Shown piece after piece: positions 30,314 to 40,957 of a stretch of DNA of 64,000 nucleotides. The position numbers and the translations under genes are program-made. Where the stretch lies: positions 103,781 through 167,780 of the forward strand of contig CAMCEE010000002.1 in NCBI GenBank assembly GCA_945873815.1. The letters are read 5' to 3'. How positions within the stretch are numbered: the first letter of the stretch is position 1; every line of letters starts with the position of its first letter. The notes under the pieces are model-generated. The model had not been told where the DNA came from and searched no databases. It worked only from the letters and a program-made list of their open reading frames with translations. This DNA comes from an uncultured Bacillales bacterium. Lineage in GTDB: Bacteria > Bacillota_I > Bacilli_A > RFN20 > CAG-449.

Positions 30314-31900
30314 TTATTTAGTAGTAGCAAATATTTCTTTTGATGAATCTCTAATGGAATTTAATGTGATGGTTTCAAACTTGTTTATTGTAACTTTTCC
30401 TAATTTTCCAGGGATTTTTTTAACATCTTTTTTATCTGCTAGATAGATTTCACCTTGAGAAAGAGATGCATAAAATAAAGCTATTTCACTTGCAAAAAGA
30501 ATTGTTTCCTTACTTGGATTATTTGAAAAGATAATGACGTGTGGTCCAGGATGATCTTTGACATGAAGGAAATAATCATCTTTTCTTGCAAGAGTAAAAG
30601 TTAAATAATCATTTTGAAATGATGAAATACCAAATTGAATTTTTGTTCCATCTTTAGAATAGATAGTTCTTGGAGTGTACACTTTAGGGACTATTTTTTT
30701 CTTTTTATTGCTTTTATATGATATTTTTTCTTTTGGTAGATATGAATCGTTCTTTAATTCTTGAATGATATCTTCCATATCTTGAGGATTAGCATATTTC
30801 ATTGCAACTTCTTGCTTTTCAAAATATTCAATCTTTTCTTTAGTTAGTTCTTGTTGAATTCGAATTTGTTCTAGTGCAGTTTTGCTTTTTTGATATTGCT
30901 TAAAGTAATATGAAGCATTTTCGCTTAAATTTAAAGTAGGATTCAATTTTATTTTTATTCCTTCAACTTCAATTTCTTCCATTCCTTTAACGTATTTATC
31001 TTGGCACATATAGAGAAGATTACCGATTTCAACATAATTTTTCTTTTCTTCTGCTTTTTTCATATCTTGTTCAAGGTTGACCATTTTTTTCCTTAAACCT
31101 TTTAGTTTATGAGACACGACATGATAAACTACATCATAATGATTCTTTTTGTATTTTTCTTCCTCTTTTTGTATGAACAAACTTGGAATATCCTTATAGG
31201 ATATTGCTTTTGAATCAGGGATTGATTTTAATTTTAAAGAAACGATATCGTGTTTATATACATAAAAATATTCTTCGTTTCTAATTTCGTTTAATATATC
31301 TTTTACAGATTCACCATTTTCAATACGATATGCAAATTCGTTGTACACAGTTTTTATTGTCTTTTTCTTAATATCTTCTAGAGTATCATTTTCACATATT
31401 GGATTATCGACATTTTTAGAAAAGGAATAATGCATATTTGGATATATTGGATAAGGATCATCTAGCGATGTTTTTCTTTGAGCGTCAATGATTATGTTGT
31501 TTTCATCAAGAATCAAAGCATTAGTTTGTCTTGGAATGAGATTTATAACTAATTTATTTGTAATAATTTGATAACTTTGAGTCATTTTTTTAATTGTAAA
31601 AATCAAAATTTTATCATTTGGAAGCTTTTCGAAATTAACGATAGTTCCTCCTTCAAAGTACTTCTTTAATGAGGCAACAAAATTCTTCGATTCTGATATC
31701 ATTGGGAAATATGAAGAAGAGATTAAAACAAGAGGATTGATAGGATCAAGAGAGATTATTAATCCTTCTTGTGATTTAGAATATAAAAAAAACAAATAAT
31801 CTTGATTAGAAATCATTACTATTTTTGATATTTTTGCATTTGTAACATCTTGCTTTAATAGATTTGCAATTCTAGATAATGTGTAGTTTGATATTGCCAT
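30314..31900 (-). CDS. rqcH: Rqc2 homolog RqcH / fibronectin-binding protein A family (NFACT domains), ribosome quality control
   Basis: N-terminal NFACT-N region. The C-terminal NFACT-R/DUF814 block is YFLHVKDHPGPHVIIFSNNPSKETILFASEIALFYAS. The central part is coiled-coil. Confidence 0.75.
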   Translation of the reverse strand: MAISNYTLSRIANLLKQDVTNAKISKIVMISNQDYLFFLYSKSQEGLIISLDPINPLVLISSSYFPMISESKNFVASLKKYFEGGTIVNFEKLPNDKILIFTIKKMTQSYQIITNKLVINLIPRQTNALILDENNIIIDAQRKTSLDDPYPIYPNMHYSFSKNVDNPICENDTLEDIKKKTIKTVYNEFAYRIENGESVKDILNEIRNEEYFYVYKHDIVSLKLKSIPDSKAISYKDIPSLFIQKEEEKYKKNHYDVVYHVVSHKLKGLRKKMVNLEQDMKKAEEKKNYVEIGNLLYMCQDKYVKGMEEIEVEGIKIKLNPTLNLSENASYYFKQYQKSKTALEQIRIQQELTKEKIEYFEKQEVAMKYANPQDMEDIIQELKNDSYLPKEKISYKSNKKKKIVPKVYTPRTIYSKDGTKIQFGISSFQNDYLTFTLARKDDYFLHVKDHPGPHVIIFSNNPSKETILFASEIALFYASLSQGEIYLADKKDVKKIPGKLGKVTINKFETITLNSIRDSSKEIFATTK

Positions 31901-32004
31901 AAAATCACCTACATTATTTTACCATAATTGCAATAGTTTGTTGTATTTAAAATGTTTTTTGAGTTATTATATTTAATAAGATAGAGATGAGAGGTTAATT
32001 TTTT

Positions 32005-32592
32005 ATGAAAAAAGGCTTATTAATTGTTTTATCTGGACCTAGTGGAGTTGGTAAAGGGACAGTAAGAAAATTAGTATTTGAAGATGAGTCACTTAACTTA
32101 GCGTATTCAATTTCGATGACTACTAGAAGCCCAAGAAATGGGGAAGAAGATGGAAAGGATTATTTCTTTGTTTCGAAAGAATACTTTGAAAAAGCAATTG
32201 AAAACAATGAGTTATTGGAACATGCTAGATTCGTAGGCAACTATTATGGAACTCCAAAAGCTTATGTTGAAAAATTAAGAGAAGAAGGAAAGAATGTTTT
32301 TCTTGAAATTGAAGTTGAAGGTGCAAAACAAGTTTTATCTCAATATGAGGAAGATGACGGTGTCTTATCAATCTTCTTATTACCTCCATCATTAGAAGAA
32401 TTAGAAAAAAGAATTAGGGGACGTAGAAGCGAGCCTGAAGATATTATTCAAGAGCGTCTTGGTAAGGCAAAAAGAGAAATGGGATTAAAAGATAATTATC
32501 AATATAATCTTGTAAATGATAGTATTGAATCTGCGTCAGAAAAAATTAAAAATATAATTAGAAGTAAAATTTTTGCTCGTAAAGATAGTTAA
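32005..32592 (+). CDS. gmk: Guanylate kinase
   Basis: P-loop [15 protein letters not shown]. The size is 195 aa. Confidence 0.9.
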   Translation: MKKGLLIVLSGPSGVGKGTVRKLVFEDESLNLAYSISMTTRSPRNGEEDGKDYFFVSKEYFEKAIENNELLEHARFVGNYYGTPKAYVEKLREEGKNVFLEIEVEGAKQVLSQYEEDDGVLSIFLLPPSLEELEKRIRGRRSEPEDIIQERLGKAKREMGLKDNYQYNLVNDSIESASEKIKNIIRSKIFARKDS

Positions 32593-32611
32593 TTATTAAA
32601 GGAGGGTTTGA

Positions 32612-34816
32612 ATGCTAGTAGTAGGTGTAATTATAGAATATGCCGCGAATAGTTTAAACCGTCCTTTTTCTTATGCTTATTTTGGAAATGAAAGTATAGT
32701 TCCAGGAATAAGAGTATTAGTTCCTTTTGGTCGAAATAAAATTGTCGGATACGTTGTTTCAGTCACTGAAACAAATGATACTATTGAGGAATGGGAGAAA
32801 AACACAGGTTTTAAAATGAAGGAAATTATCAGCATAATAGATTTAAAACCAATATTGAATGAGGAATTAGTTGAATTAGCTAAGGATGTTTCCTCCTATT
32901 ATTTAGCTCCATTAATTAGCGTATATCAAACGATGCTTCCTCCATCATTAAAACCAAAAAAATCATCACTTAGTAAACCAAAAATTGCATATGATCAATA
33001 CGTGCAAGTCATTACTGAGGATGAAGATGGATTAACTCCAAAACAATTAGAGTTATTTAGAAGATTAAAATGTGAGGATTTAGTTCTTAAGAGTTCCTTA
33101 AAAACTACGCTCATTCCTTCATTACTTGAAAAGAATAAAATAAGAATTGTTTTAAAAGAAAAGAATAGATTGGAACAAGAAGAAGTTGCGCTAGTTAAAG
33201 ATAACGAATTAAATATAGAACAACAAAAAGCATTAGATTCGATATTATATGAAAATCATTCAGTATATCTTCTTGAAGGAGTTACGGGTTCAGGTAAAAC
33301 TGAAGTATATCTTCAAGCTTCTAAAAAGATGATAGAGAATGGGAAAAGTGTTTTAATGCTTGTTCCAGAAATAAGTTTAACTGTTCAAATGGTTAGACGT
33401 TTTAAATCGCGATTTAGTAATATTGCAATTCTTCATAGCGATTTGACTCCATCAGAAAAATATGATGAATATAGACGAATTGCTCGAGGAGAAGTAAAAA
33501 TTGTCGTTGGGGCAAGAAGCGCGATTTTTGCACCTTTATCAAATATTGGATTAATCATTATTGATGAAGAGCACGTCGAAAGCTATAAACAAGAAACTAC
33601 TCCATATTATCATGCATTAAAAGTGGCTACATTTAGGGCAAAATATAACGAAGGAATGAAGATTGTACTAGGTAGTGCAACTCCTTCTTTAGAAACGAAA
33701 AGTAGAGCACTAAAAGGTGTATATCATCAATTATATTTAACTAAGAGATTCAATGATTCTTGCCTACCAAAAGTTGAAATAATTGACATGTTAGATTATA
33801 AGAATATCGATACGGATTCCGTATTATTTTCTCGTAGATTAAGAGAAGAAATAAACGATAGGTTAAGTAAGAAAGAGCAAATTCTTCTATTACTAAATAG
33901 GAGAGGTTTTGCACCAAATGTCACTTGTAGAAAGTGTGCTTTTACATTTAAATGCCCGTCTTGTGGAATTCCTTTAACATATCATAAATCTGATCGTTTA
34001 TTGAAGTGCCACCATTGCGGATATGTTGCAAAAATGGTTGATAAATGCCCAAAATGTGGTGGAGAATCAAAGTTTTTATCAATGACTGGAATAGGAACAG
34101 AAAAGATAGAAAAAGAGATTGAGAGGTTATTTCCTAATGCTAAGACATTGCGCCTTGATTCTGATATTGCAACAGTTAGAACTTCCGTACCTCGCATCAT
34201 TTCTGCTTTTGAAAAAGAAGAAGCTGACATTCTAATTGGAACACAAATGATTGCAAAAGGTCATGATTTTAAAAATGTTACATTAGTAGGAATAGTCTTA
34301 GCTGATATTGGACTAAACATCCCTTCATTTAGAGCAGGCGAAAGAACTTTTAATCTTCTTACTCAAGCAATAGGAAGAGCAGGACGACATGAAAAAGAAG
34401 GTACTGCAATCATTCAAACATATCTTCCAAACAATTACATCATTCGAAATGCTGCTTCTCAAGATTACAATAAGTTCTTTAATGAAGAAATGCATATTAG
34501 AAAAGAAGGACAATATCCTCCATACACATATTGCACATTATTGAAACTTAGCTCTAAAAATGAAAAAGAAGTTATTGAAGCTGCTTTGAAGTTTAAACAA
34601 CTATTCATTGCAAAATTTGCAAATCTTCAAGTAGATGTTATAGGACCTAGTGAACCATTCATCGTAAGGCAGGACGGAAAATATCGTCGTATAATTATGT
34701 TGAAATATAAAAAGATGGAAGACGTATATAATGTTCTACAAGAAGTTGTATCATTGGTTAATGAGAATAATAAAATCGATATTAAAATCAATGTGGATCC
34801 ATACGAAGATTATTAG
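32612..34816 (+). CDS. priA: Primosomal protein N' (replication restart helicase PriA)
   Basis: Helicase motifs GVTGSGKTEVY and DEEH. The Cys4-Cys4 zinc-binding region is CRKCAFTFKCPSCG…CHHCGY…CPKCGG. Confidence 0.9.
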   Translation: MLVVGVIIEYAANSLNRPFSYAYFGNESIVPGIRVLVPFGRNKIVGYVVSVTETNDTIEEWEKNTGFKMKEIISIIDLKPILNEELVELAKDVSSYYLAPLISVYQTMLPPSLKPKKSSLSKPKIAYDQYVQVITEDEDGLTPKQLELFRRLKCEDLVLKSSLKTTLIPSLLEKNKIRIVLKEKNRLEQEEVALVKDNELNIEQQKALDSILYENHSVYLLEGVTGSGKTEVYLQASKKMIENGKSVLMLVPEISLTVQMVRRFKSRFSNIAILHSDLTPSEKYDEYRRIARGEVKIVVGARSAIFAPLSNIGLIIIDEEHVESYKQETTPYYHALKVATFRAKYNEGMKIVLGSATPSLETKSRALKGVYHQLYLTKRFNDSCLPKVEIIDMLDYKNIDTDSVLFSRRLREEINDRLSKKEQILLLLNRRGFAPNVTCRKCAFTFKCPSCGIPLTYHKSDRLLKCHHCGYVAKMVDKCPKCGGESKFLSMTGIGTEKIEKEIERLFPNAKTLRLDSDIATVRTSVPRIISAFEKEEADILIGTQMIAKGHDFKNVTLVGIVLADIGLNIPSFRAGERTFNLLTQAIGRAGRHEKEGTAIIQTYLPNNYIIRNAASQDYNKFFNEEMHIRKEGQYPPYTYCTLLKLSSKNEKEVIEAALKFKQLFIAKFANLQVDVIGPSEPFIVRQDGKYRRIIMLKYKKMEDVYNVLQEVVSLVNENNKIDIKINVDPYEDY

Positions 34817-34821
34817 ACCAA

Positions 34822-34860
34822 ACAAAAAAAGCCTCGAGAATTCGAGACTTTTTATTTTAT
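34822..34860. terminator. Putative bidirectional terminator between priA and the convergent metalloprotease gene
   Basis: CTCGA-gaat-TCGAG hairpin flanked by an A7 tract on the 5' side and TTTTTATTTTAT on the 3' side. The stem is short. Confidence 0.4.
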
Positions 34861-37205
34861 TTGTTCGGAGTAATTTTGATTGTGATTTCTGTGTCATTAA
34901 CAGATAAAACTTCAATGATATAAGGAATCTTCTTTCCGTTATTATCTACGATATTTGAAGTTGTTTTATCACCTGAAGTATAGATGACTTTATTTCCGTT
35001 TTCAACAAATTCAATTAGGTTGTCCTTGCTTCCGTTTTCTTCAGATTCATCAGTGTTACTATTAACTAATCTATAGTAGTCATCATATTCTTCATCTTCA
35101 ACTATTGATGCATCTACGTGATAGATTACTAATCCATTATCGGAGAATAAACCAAAGTGTTCATTATCACTTCCAACATTTAATCCGTCATTTGAATAAT
35201 ATTGTAATAACCAATATTCTTGGAAAATACCTTTTGCATCATTATAGAAATTAGAAATGATGTATGTTTCTCCTGTTTCAGTGAATTTCTTTAATGTAAG
35301 TGTTGTTTCTTTTGCTGCAGTAATTAATTTAGAACTTGTTATCCAACCATATTCCATTTTTGTGAATGCATTATGATCTGCGATTGCACTGTCCATAATA
35401 TCTTTCCCATCTAATGGATTAACTCCACCACTAGCATAATTGTAATAATCTTCTGCACCTAAAACGTGTGAGAATTCATGGATGAATGTGTAGGTATTAG
35501 TTAATTCGCTGTGAGTATAGCTACCATCTAATCCTAATCCTTCATGTAAGAATTGATAAGAAGCCCATAAGTAGTCGTTTGCGTAGACTGAATCATTTGC
35601 ATAATAGTAACAATCGTTGTCTTTTGAAGATGTATCTGCAAGTACGTTCCAGTATCTATAAGCCCATCTTAAGTCTTTATTTGAATCAATAGGTGCGGAA
35701 TTAATTAAGACAATACTATCAATTGTTCCATTGTTATCACTATCGTAATCTGATAAATCGTAACCTTTTGCTTCTAATTTTGTTAATAATTCATGCATTA
35801 ATAATTGATCACCAGAAGCGTATGAATTTTTTCCTGTTTGACCCCAGAAATCTGTACCAGTTGTAGATTCATAGTATGTAAATGGCTTGTCTGCTCTTAA
35901 CCATTCTGTGCAAACATCGAAATCAAGATTTAATTTGCCATTAGATGAAGTATAGAAATAATCATGAAGTGATTGGTAACTAGTTTGTCCAGTAGTACCA
36001 TTAAATGCTTTTTCAAGTTTTTCGATAGTGTAGCCTTTTGAAGATGCAGTATAATCAGAGAAATCAACTGGGATAACTAATACTTTAACATCTCCAGTTG
36101 TAGGCATACCATCTTTGTAATCACCTAATTTTGTAAGGTTATTGATTGTTTGAGTAGTGAATGAAATATCTTTTGTTGCAGCGACTTCTATAGTTTCGCC
36201 ACCAGTTTCACCACCGGACTCACCACCACTTTCGCCACCACTTCCTGTGCCTTGAGCAAATGTGATGTTTCCGATATACATTGCATTAGTGTTTTCATTT
36301 GCTAATCTTATATATGCGAATTCAGAAGAGAAAGTATATTCAACAGTGTGTTTGAAAATATTATTACTTTTATTAATTTTTCCAGTATCTACCGAAGATA
36401 TGACTATTGAATTAGCTTTGTTTGTTGTTTTTTCATTCTCTCCTATTGCACTATTTGACCCATAAACAGTGAATAATTTTAAACTACTTGAATCATCTGT
36501 AGAATATATTTCTACTACTACTTTGTTTGTTGCATTTGGTAATGCAGTTGTATTTCTTATTGATTGAGCGGTGCTGTTTTCAAATTTCTTTATTTGAATT
36601 GTACTAAAATCTTTATATCCTGCTGCTGTTGCAGTTTTCATAATGTTACCAGTAGTAGCATATGTAACATTGTTAACTGTTTTTGTTTGGGTAGATTTTG
36701 GATAACTTCCTGAAGGTAAACCTAAGGAATTGGCATTAATTGTAATACCACTAACATTTACTTCTTCGTCTCCACTTGATGAATCTACTGAGCTAGATAC
36801 CTCGCTAGAAACGCTAGATGAAATGTCTTCTGAACTACTGACTATAGATGAATTTTCACTAGTAGTGTTAGAAGATGAACTCACATTGGTAGAACTAGAT
36901 GAAATACTTTCTGAACTACTGACTACAGATGAATCTTCACTAGTAGTGTTAGAAGATGAACTCACATTGGTAGAACTAGATGAAATACTTTCTGAACTAC
37001 TGACTATAGATGAATTTTCACTAGTAAGGTTAGAAGATGAACTTCCATCGGTAGAACTAGAGGAAATATTTTCAACACTACTTACATTTGAAGTTTTTTC
37101 AGATGTTGCTGTTGATGTGGATTGTGACGAGTTGTTGTTTTTACTACATCCTGCAAGGAGTAGGCCTGTAGTAAGAACTAATAATAATAAATTCTTTTTT
37201 TTCAT
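34857..37205 (-). CDS. Secreted/lipoprotein zinc metalloprotease-like protein (M6/immune-inhibitor-A-like HExxH) with N-terminal Ser-rich tandem repeats
   Basis: Lipoprotein signal MKKKNLLLLVLTTGLLLAGC. It has three 27-aa S-rich repeats and a G-rich linker GSGGESGGESGGETGGE. The HExxH motif FIHEFSHVLGAEDYY is present. Confidence 0.55.
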   Translation of the reverse strand: MKKKNLLLLVLTTGLLLAGCSKNNNSSQSTSTATSEKTSNVSSVENISSSSTDGSSSSNLTSENSSIVSSSESISSSSTNVSSSSNTTSEDSSVVSSSESISSSSTNVSSSSNTTSENSSIVSSSEDISSSVSSEVSSSVDSSSGDEEVNVSGITINANSLGLPSGSYPKSTQTKTVNNVTYATTGNIMKTATAAGYKDFSTIQIKKFENSTAQSIRNTTALPNATNKVVVEIYSTDDSSSLKLFTVYGSNSAIGENEKTTNKANSIVISSVDTGKINKSNNIFKHTVEYTFSSEFAYIRLANENTNAMYIGNITFAQGTGSGGESGGESGGETGGETIEVAATKDISFTTQTINNLTKLGDYKDGMPTTGDVKVLVIPVDFSDYTASSKGYTIEKLEKAFNGTTGQTSYQSLHDYFYTSSNGKLNLDFDVCTEWLRADKPFTYYESTTGTDFWGQTGKNSYASGDQLLMHELLTKLEAKGYDLSDYDSDNNGTIDSIVLINSAPIDSNKDLRWAYRYWNVLADTSSKDNDCYYYANDSVYANDYLWASYQFLHEGLGLDGSYTHSELTNTYTFIHEFSHVLGAEDYYNYASGGVNPLDGKDIMDSAIADHNAFTKMEYGWITSSKLITAAKETTLTLKKFTETGETYIISNFYNDAKGIFQEYWLLQYYSNDGLNVGSDNEHFGLFSDNGLVIYHVDASIVEDEEYDDYYRLVNSNTDESEENGSKDNLIEFVENGNKVIYTSGDKTTSNIVDNNGKKIPYIIEVLSVNDTEITIKITPNK
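36814..37075. repeat. Tandem repeat, about 3.2 copies of an 81-bp unit, inside the metalloprotease gene
   Basis: Unit starts at 36814, 36895 and 36976 give an 81-bp period. The copies are near-identical and encode SSSESISSSSTNVSSSSNTTSE(D/N)SS(V/I)V on the minus strand. Confidence 0.85.
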
Positions 37206-37379
37206 GTTTCTTCTCCATATTTTTTTTTACTAATGAATGATATATTAAAAAGAACTTTTTGTCAAATAATGACGGTTATAAAAAGATACTTATTATATAT
37301 AAATATAATATTTTATTATTTTTTTCGAGAAATATATGTTATACTTTTTTTAGAAAATACAAATTAGGAGATTAATCGT

Positions 37380-37886
37380 ATGATAATTATTCATTTTTAT
37401 GGATTAGATATGTTCCTTGTTGGGGAATTAAATGAAAAAATTCATTCAAAAGTTGCAAAAGTGTTTAATGTTGCAGAAGAAGATGTGATTTTCTCTGCTT
37501 CTGATTCTTTTGTTTTTTATAAAGGACACGAACAAACATCCTTTAATTTATTTATAAAAGTTGAATGTCCAGTAAGAGATAAACAATATGAAAAGGAAGT
37601 TGCAGATTTACTTCTTGGTGAGACAAAGGATTATTCTGTTCATACTAGAATCCTATTCTCGTATTATCAAGAGAACAATTATTATGAGAGAATAAATGAA
37701 GAATATCCTGAATATATCGTCGGTGGAAACGATGTTGAGGATACAGAATATGATGAAACAAAAGAATATGGAGAGGATGATATTTATTTAGGAAATGTTT
37801 TTGATGGTCAAAATCTTGATGTTGAGGAAAGGGAAGATGATCAACCAATTAAACCATTTAACTTAAATGACTTCTTCAAAAAATAA
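37380..37886 (+). CDS. Hypothetical cytoplasmic protein with an acidic C-terminus
   Basis: 168-aa ORF with an AGGAG RBS. No motif was recognised. Confidence 0.35.
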   Translation: MIIIHFYGLDMFLVGELNEKIHSKVAKVFNVAEEDVIFSASDSFVFYKGHEQTSFNLFIKVECPVRDKQYEKEVADLLLGETKDYSVHTRILFSYYQENNYYERINEEYPEYIVGGNDVEDTEYDETKEYGEDDIYLGNVFDGQNLDVEEREDDQPIKPFNLNDFFKK

Positions 37887-37913
37887 ACTTACGATTACTA
37901 AGGAGATGGTATT

Positions 37914-39179
37914 ATGACAATTTTAGAAAACGTGCATCAAATATTCAGTGAAGTGAAAGAAAAACAATATTCATTTTCATATGCTGTAAACAAAAAGGTT
38001 AGTTCTTTGGGATTAAGCGAAACTGATTTGGTAATTGCAAAAGATACACTGAAAAGTGTGATAAACAGATATTATTTTTTAAGAAGTGAAATCACGGATT
38101 TGGTTGATGATATTGAATCGAAAGAAGCAGATGTTTTAGTGCTTGCTCTTGCGATGGCTCGTTATGCTAGAAATGTTGTTGTGAATGACGTAATCAACTT
38201 TCTTAGATTAACAAAAGAAGGGAATAATTATTCATTCGATATTGATAAAATAGAAGCTAAATTCAATGAGATTGCAAAAAATCCTACACCTATTCCAGAA
38301 AAATATGAGAACAATTTTGTAAAAAAAGTTAGTTTATTATTCTCTTATCCTGAATGGATTGTTGGAATGATGAAAAAACATTTTGGATCAAAAAATACAT
38401 TTAAAACAATTTCTTCTTCAAGGAAGAGTTCACCGATAAATATTTGTATTAATCCAATGAAGGCAGAATCTCTCCCGGAAACTGAATTTGTAAAAACCGA
38501 TATTGCTTCAACTAGTTACGAATATATTTCAAAGAACGTTTTAGTTGATAATCCATTATTTAAACATAAGAAAATTTTTGTTATGGATCAAATGGAACAA
38601 CTTCTCGCGGATATTTTAGAAGTTAATCAAGGGGATGATGTGCTCATTGCAGGAGGAATACATAATCATCTTGCAAATCTACTTTCTTTAAAAGTGGACA
38701 ATTTTGTAAATATTGACTATGCTTGCCCTTCTGAAACTGTATACCTTGCTTGTAAGAAAATGTCTGAGCAATTCGATATTAGATCAGTCAAAGCATTTGA
38801 AAGTGATATGGATTTATTAAAAACTTTTGTTGAATATGGAAAATATGATAAGGTTTTACTCACTCCATTGAATAGCGAACTTGGCTTGATTAGACAAAAA
38901 CCTGAAATTCTTATCACATTTAAACAAAATGAATTGGATGGATTGATTTTAGGACAAAAAAATGCGATTAGAGAAGCTAGCCATTTTGTTAAAGAAGGGG
39001 GAACCTTTATCTATAGCGTTCCTACTCTCAATAATAAGGAAAGTTTTAATATTGTTAATGAATTTATTGCAGAAGATGATTCATTTGAATTGTTGGAAGA
39101 AAAATTAATTTTTCCTTATGTTCATAAAACAAGTGGTTTATACTACGCAAAGATGAAAAAGAAAATAACTGAGGAATAA
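37914..39179 (+). CDS. Divergent RsmB/Sun-like protein (NusB-like N-terminus plus methyltransferase-like fold). The canonical catalytic Cys motifs are not evident.
   Basis: It occupies the position of rsmB in the conserved priA-(def-fmt)-rsmB-rlmN-stp-pknB-rsgA-rpe cluster. The expected TCS catalytic-Cys motif reads VPT (FIYSVPTLNNKESFNIV). The DAPCSG motif is not conserved. Confidence 0.4.
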   Translation: MTILENVHQIFSEVKEKQYSFSYAVNKKVSSLGLSETDLVIAKDTLKSVINRYYFLRSEITDLVDDIESKEADVLVLALAMARYARNVVVNDVINFLRLTKEGNNYSFDIDKIEAKFNEIAKNPTPIPEKYENNFVKKVSLLFSYPEWIVGMMKKHFGSKNTFKTISSSRKSSPINICINPMKAESLPETEFVKTDIASTSYEYISKNVLVDNPLFKHKKIFVMDQMEQLLADILEVNQGDDVLIAGGIHNHLANLLSLKVDNFVNIDYACPSETVYLACKKMSEQFDIRSVKAFESDMDLLKTFVEYGKYDKVLLTPLNSELGLIRQKPEILITFKQNELDGLILGQKNAIREASHFVKEGGTFIYSVPTLNNKESFNIVNEFIAEDDSFELLEEKLIFPYVHKTSGLYYAKMKKKITEE

Positions 39180-39186
39180 ACTTGTT

Positions 39187-40224
39187 ATGATTAATTTATA
39201 TGGACTAACTCTTACTAAACTAGAGACTATGATGCTAGAAGAAAAACAATCGAAATTTAGAGCGAAACAACTTTTTGGTTGGATTTATGAAAAGAATGTT
39301 GTCGATTTTGATGAAATGAGCGATATTTCAAAGTCTTTTAGGGAAGTATTAAAAGAAAAATACTGCTTAGAAAAACCAACAATTTTTACAAAACAAGAAG
39401 CAAAAGATGGAACGATTAAACTCCTACTTGAAATGAAAGATGGAGCAAAAGTTGAAACGGTTCTTATGAAATATAATTATGGAAACGTTATTTGTGTTTC
39501 TTCTCAAGTTGGATGCAATATGGGTTGTTCTTTTTGTGCTTCTGGATTATTAAAAAAACAAAGAAATCTCGAAACAAGTGAAATGGTTGGAGAGATTTTG
39601 GTCATGAATGATTTGCTTCGAGAAACAAACGAAAGAGTAACGCATGTTGTAGTTATGGGAACAGGAGAACCTTTTGATAACTATGATAATGTATTAGATT
39701 TTATTAGAATTATTAATGATCAAAAGGCTTTTGCAATAGGTGCAAGACATATAACAGTTTCAACTTGCGGTATTCCGGATAAGATTAGACAATATGGAAA
39801 AGAAGGACTGCAAGTTAATCTTGCGATTTCATTACATGCTCCAAATAATGAATTAAGATCAAAACTTATGAGAATTAATCGTGCGTATCCTTTAGAAGAA
39901 TTGATTCCTGCAGTAAAGGATTATATAGATAATGCGGGAAGAAGAGTTACATATGAATACATTATGTTAAAAGGAGTCAATGATTCTTTAGAACATGCAA
40001 AAGAATTATGTAATTTGATTAAACCGACTTACGCATATATTAATTTGATTCCATATAATGATGTATTAGAAAATGGATATCATAGAGCGGATTATGATAC
40101 GGTTCATGCTTTTATGGATTATTGTTTAAAACATGGAGTTCAAACTACGGTTAGAAAAGAATTTGGAACGGATATCGATGCTGCTTGCGGTCAATTAAGA
40201 GCAAAACAAGAAGGGAAACTCTAA
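39187..40224 (+). CDS. rlmN: 23S rRNA m2A2503 / tRNA m2A37 methyltransferase, radical SAM (RlmN)
   Basis: Radical-SAM Cys cluster CNMGCSFCASG plus the typical RlmN N-terminal segment. Confidence 0.9.
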   Translation: MINLYGLTLTKLETMMLEEKQSKFRAKQLFGWIYEKNVVDFDEMSDISKSFREVLKEKYCLEKPTIFTKQEAKDGTIKLLLEMKDGAKVETVLMKYNYGNVICVSSQVGCNMGCSFCASGLLKKQRNLETSEMVGEILVMNDLLRETNERVTHVVVMGTGEPFDNYDNVLDFIRIINDQKAFAIGARHITVSTCGIPDKIRQYGKEGLQVNLAISLHAPNNELRSKLMRINRAYPLEELIPAVKDYIDNAGRRVTYEYIMLKGVNDSLEHAKELCNLIKPTYAYINLIPYNDVLENGYHRADYDTVHAFMDYCLKHGVQTTVRKEFGTDIDAACGQLRAKQEGKL

Positions 40225-40955
40225 TGGGAACATATAGTTTTAGAACTGATTGTGGAATGGTTCGCCCAATAAATGAAGATAATGTATCAATCGTCGAAAA
40301 TAAAGAAAGTGGCGATATTTTGATGATGGTTCTTGATGGTATGGGTGGACATAGTAAGGGCGAAAAAGCTTCTTCTTTAGCATTAAATATCATTACAGAA
40401 CGTTTTATTAAAATGAAGAAATATCGCTCTATTAGAAGAATTAAAGCATATATAATTAAAGCGATAAAAAAAGCTAACCGAGAGATAAATATTCTCGGAA
40501 CGAATAATATGGAATATCATGAGATGGGAACAACATTAATTCTTGTCATATTGCATGGAAATAAGGTACTCATGTGCAATGTAGGAGATTCGAGGCTTTA
40601 TACAACAATAGGTAATAATATCTATCAATTGAGTGAAGATCAAACGTATGTTCAATTCTTATATCGTGTAGGCAAGATTAAGAAAGAAGATATGGCAATA
40701 CATCCTAAAAGACATGTACTAATGAACGCACTTGGAACATATCCAAGCGTTTCTATCGTTACAAAGGTTTTTAAAAAACCAATGGAAAAAATTCTATTAT
40801 GTTCAGATGGATTATATAATATGTTGAGCGATAATGATATTAATATCGTTTTACAAATGAAATTAACAACAGAAGAGAAAGTTAGGATTTTAGTTAGAAG
40901 AGCAAACGACAATGGTGGTATGGACAATATCGCAATTGCACTATGGGAGGCATAA
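40224..40955 (+). CDS. stp: PP2C-family Ser/Thr protein phosphatase
   Basis: The N-terminus MGTYSFRTDCGMVRPINEDN plus VLDGMGGH are PPM motifs. The ATG overlaps the rlmN stop (TAATG). The track start at 40185 lies inside rlmN. Confidence 0.85.
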   Translation: MGTYSFRTDCGMVRPINEDNVSIVENKESGDILMMVLDGMGGHSKGEKASSLALNIITERFIKMKKYRSIRRIKAYIIKAIKKANREINILGTNNMEYHEMGTTLILVILHGNKVLMCNVGDSRLYTTIGNNIYQLSEDQTYVQFLYRVGKIKKEDMAIHPKRHVLMNALGTYPSVSIVTKVFKKPMEKILLCSDGLYNMLSDNDINIVLQMKLTTEEKVRILVRRANDNGGMDNIAIALWEA

Positions 40956-40957
40956 AG

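Noticed and set aside
36730-37233. 167-aa plus-strand ORF (LDE/LTL-rich) overlapping the metalloprotease gene
   Set aside because: It is the antisense reading of the Ser-rich 81-bp tandem repeats. The repetitive, low-complexity translation is an artefact of the repeat. The minus-strand gene has the signal peptide, RBS and HExxH domain.
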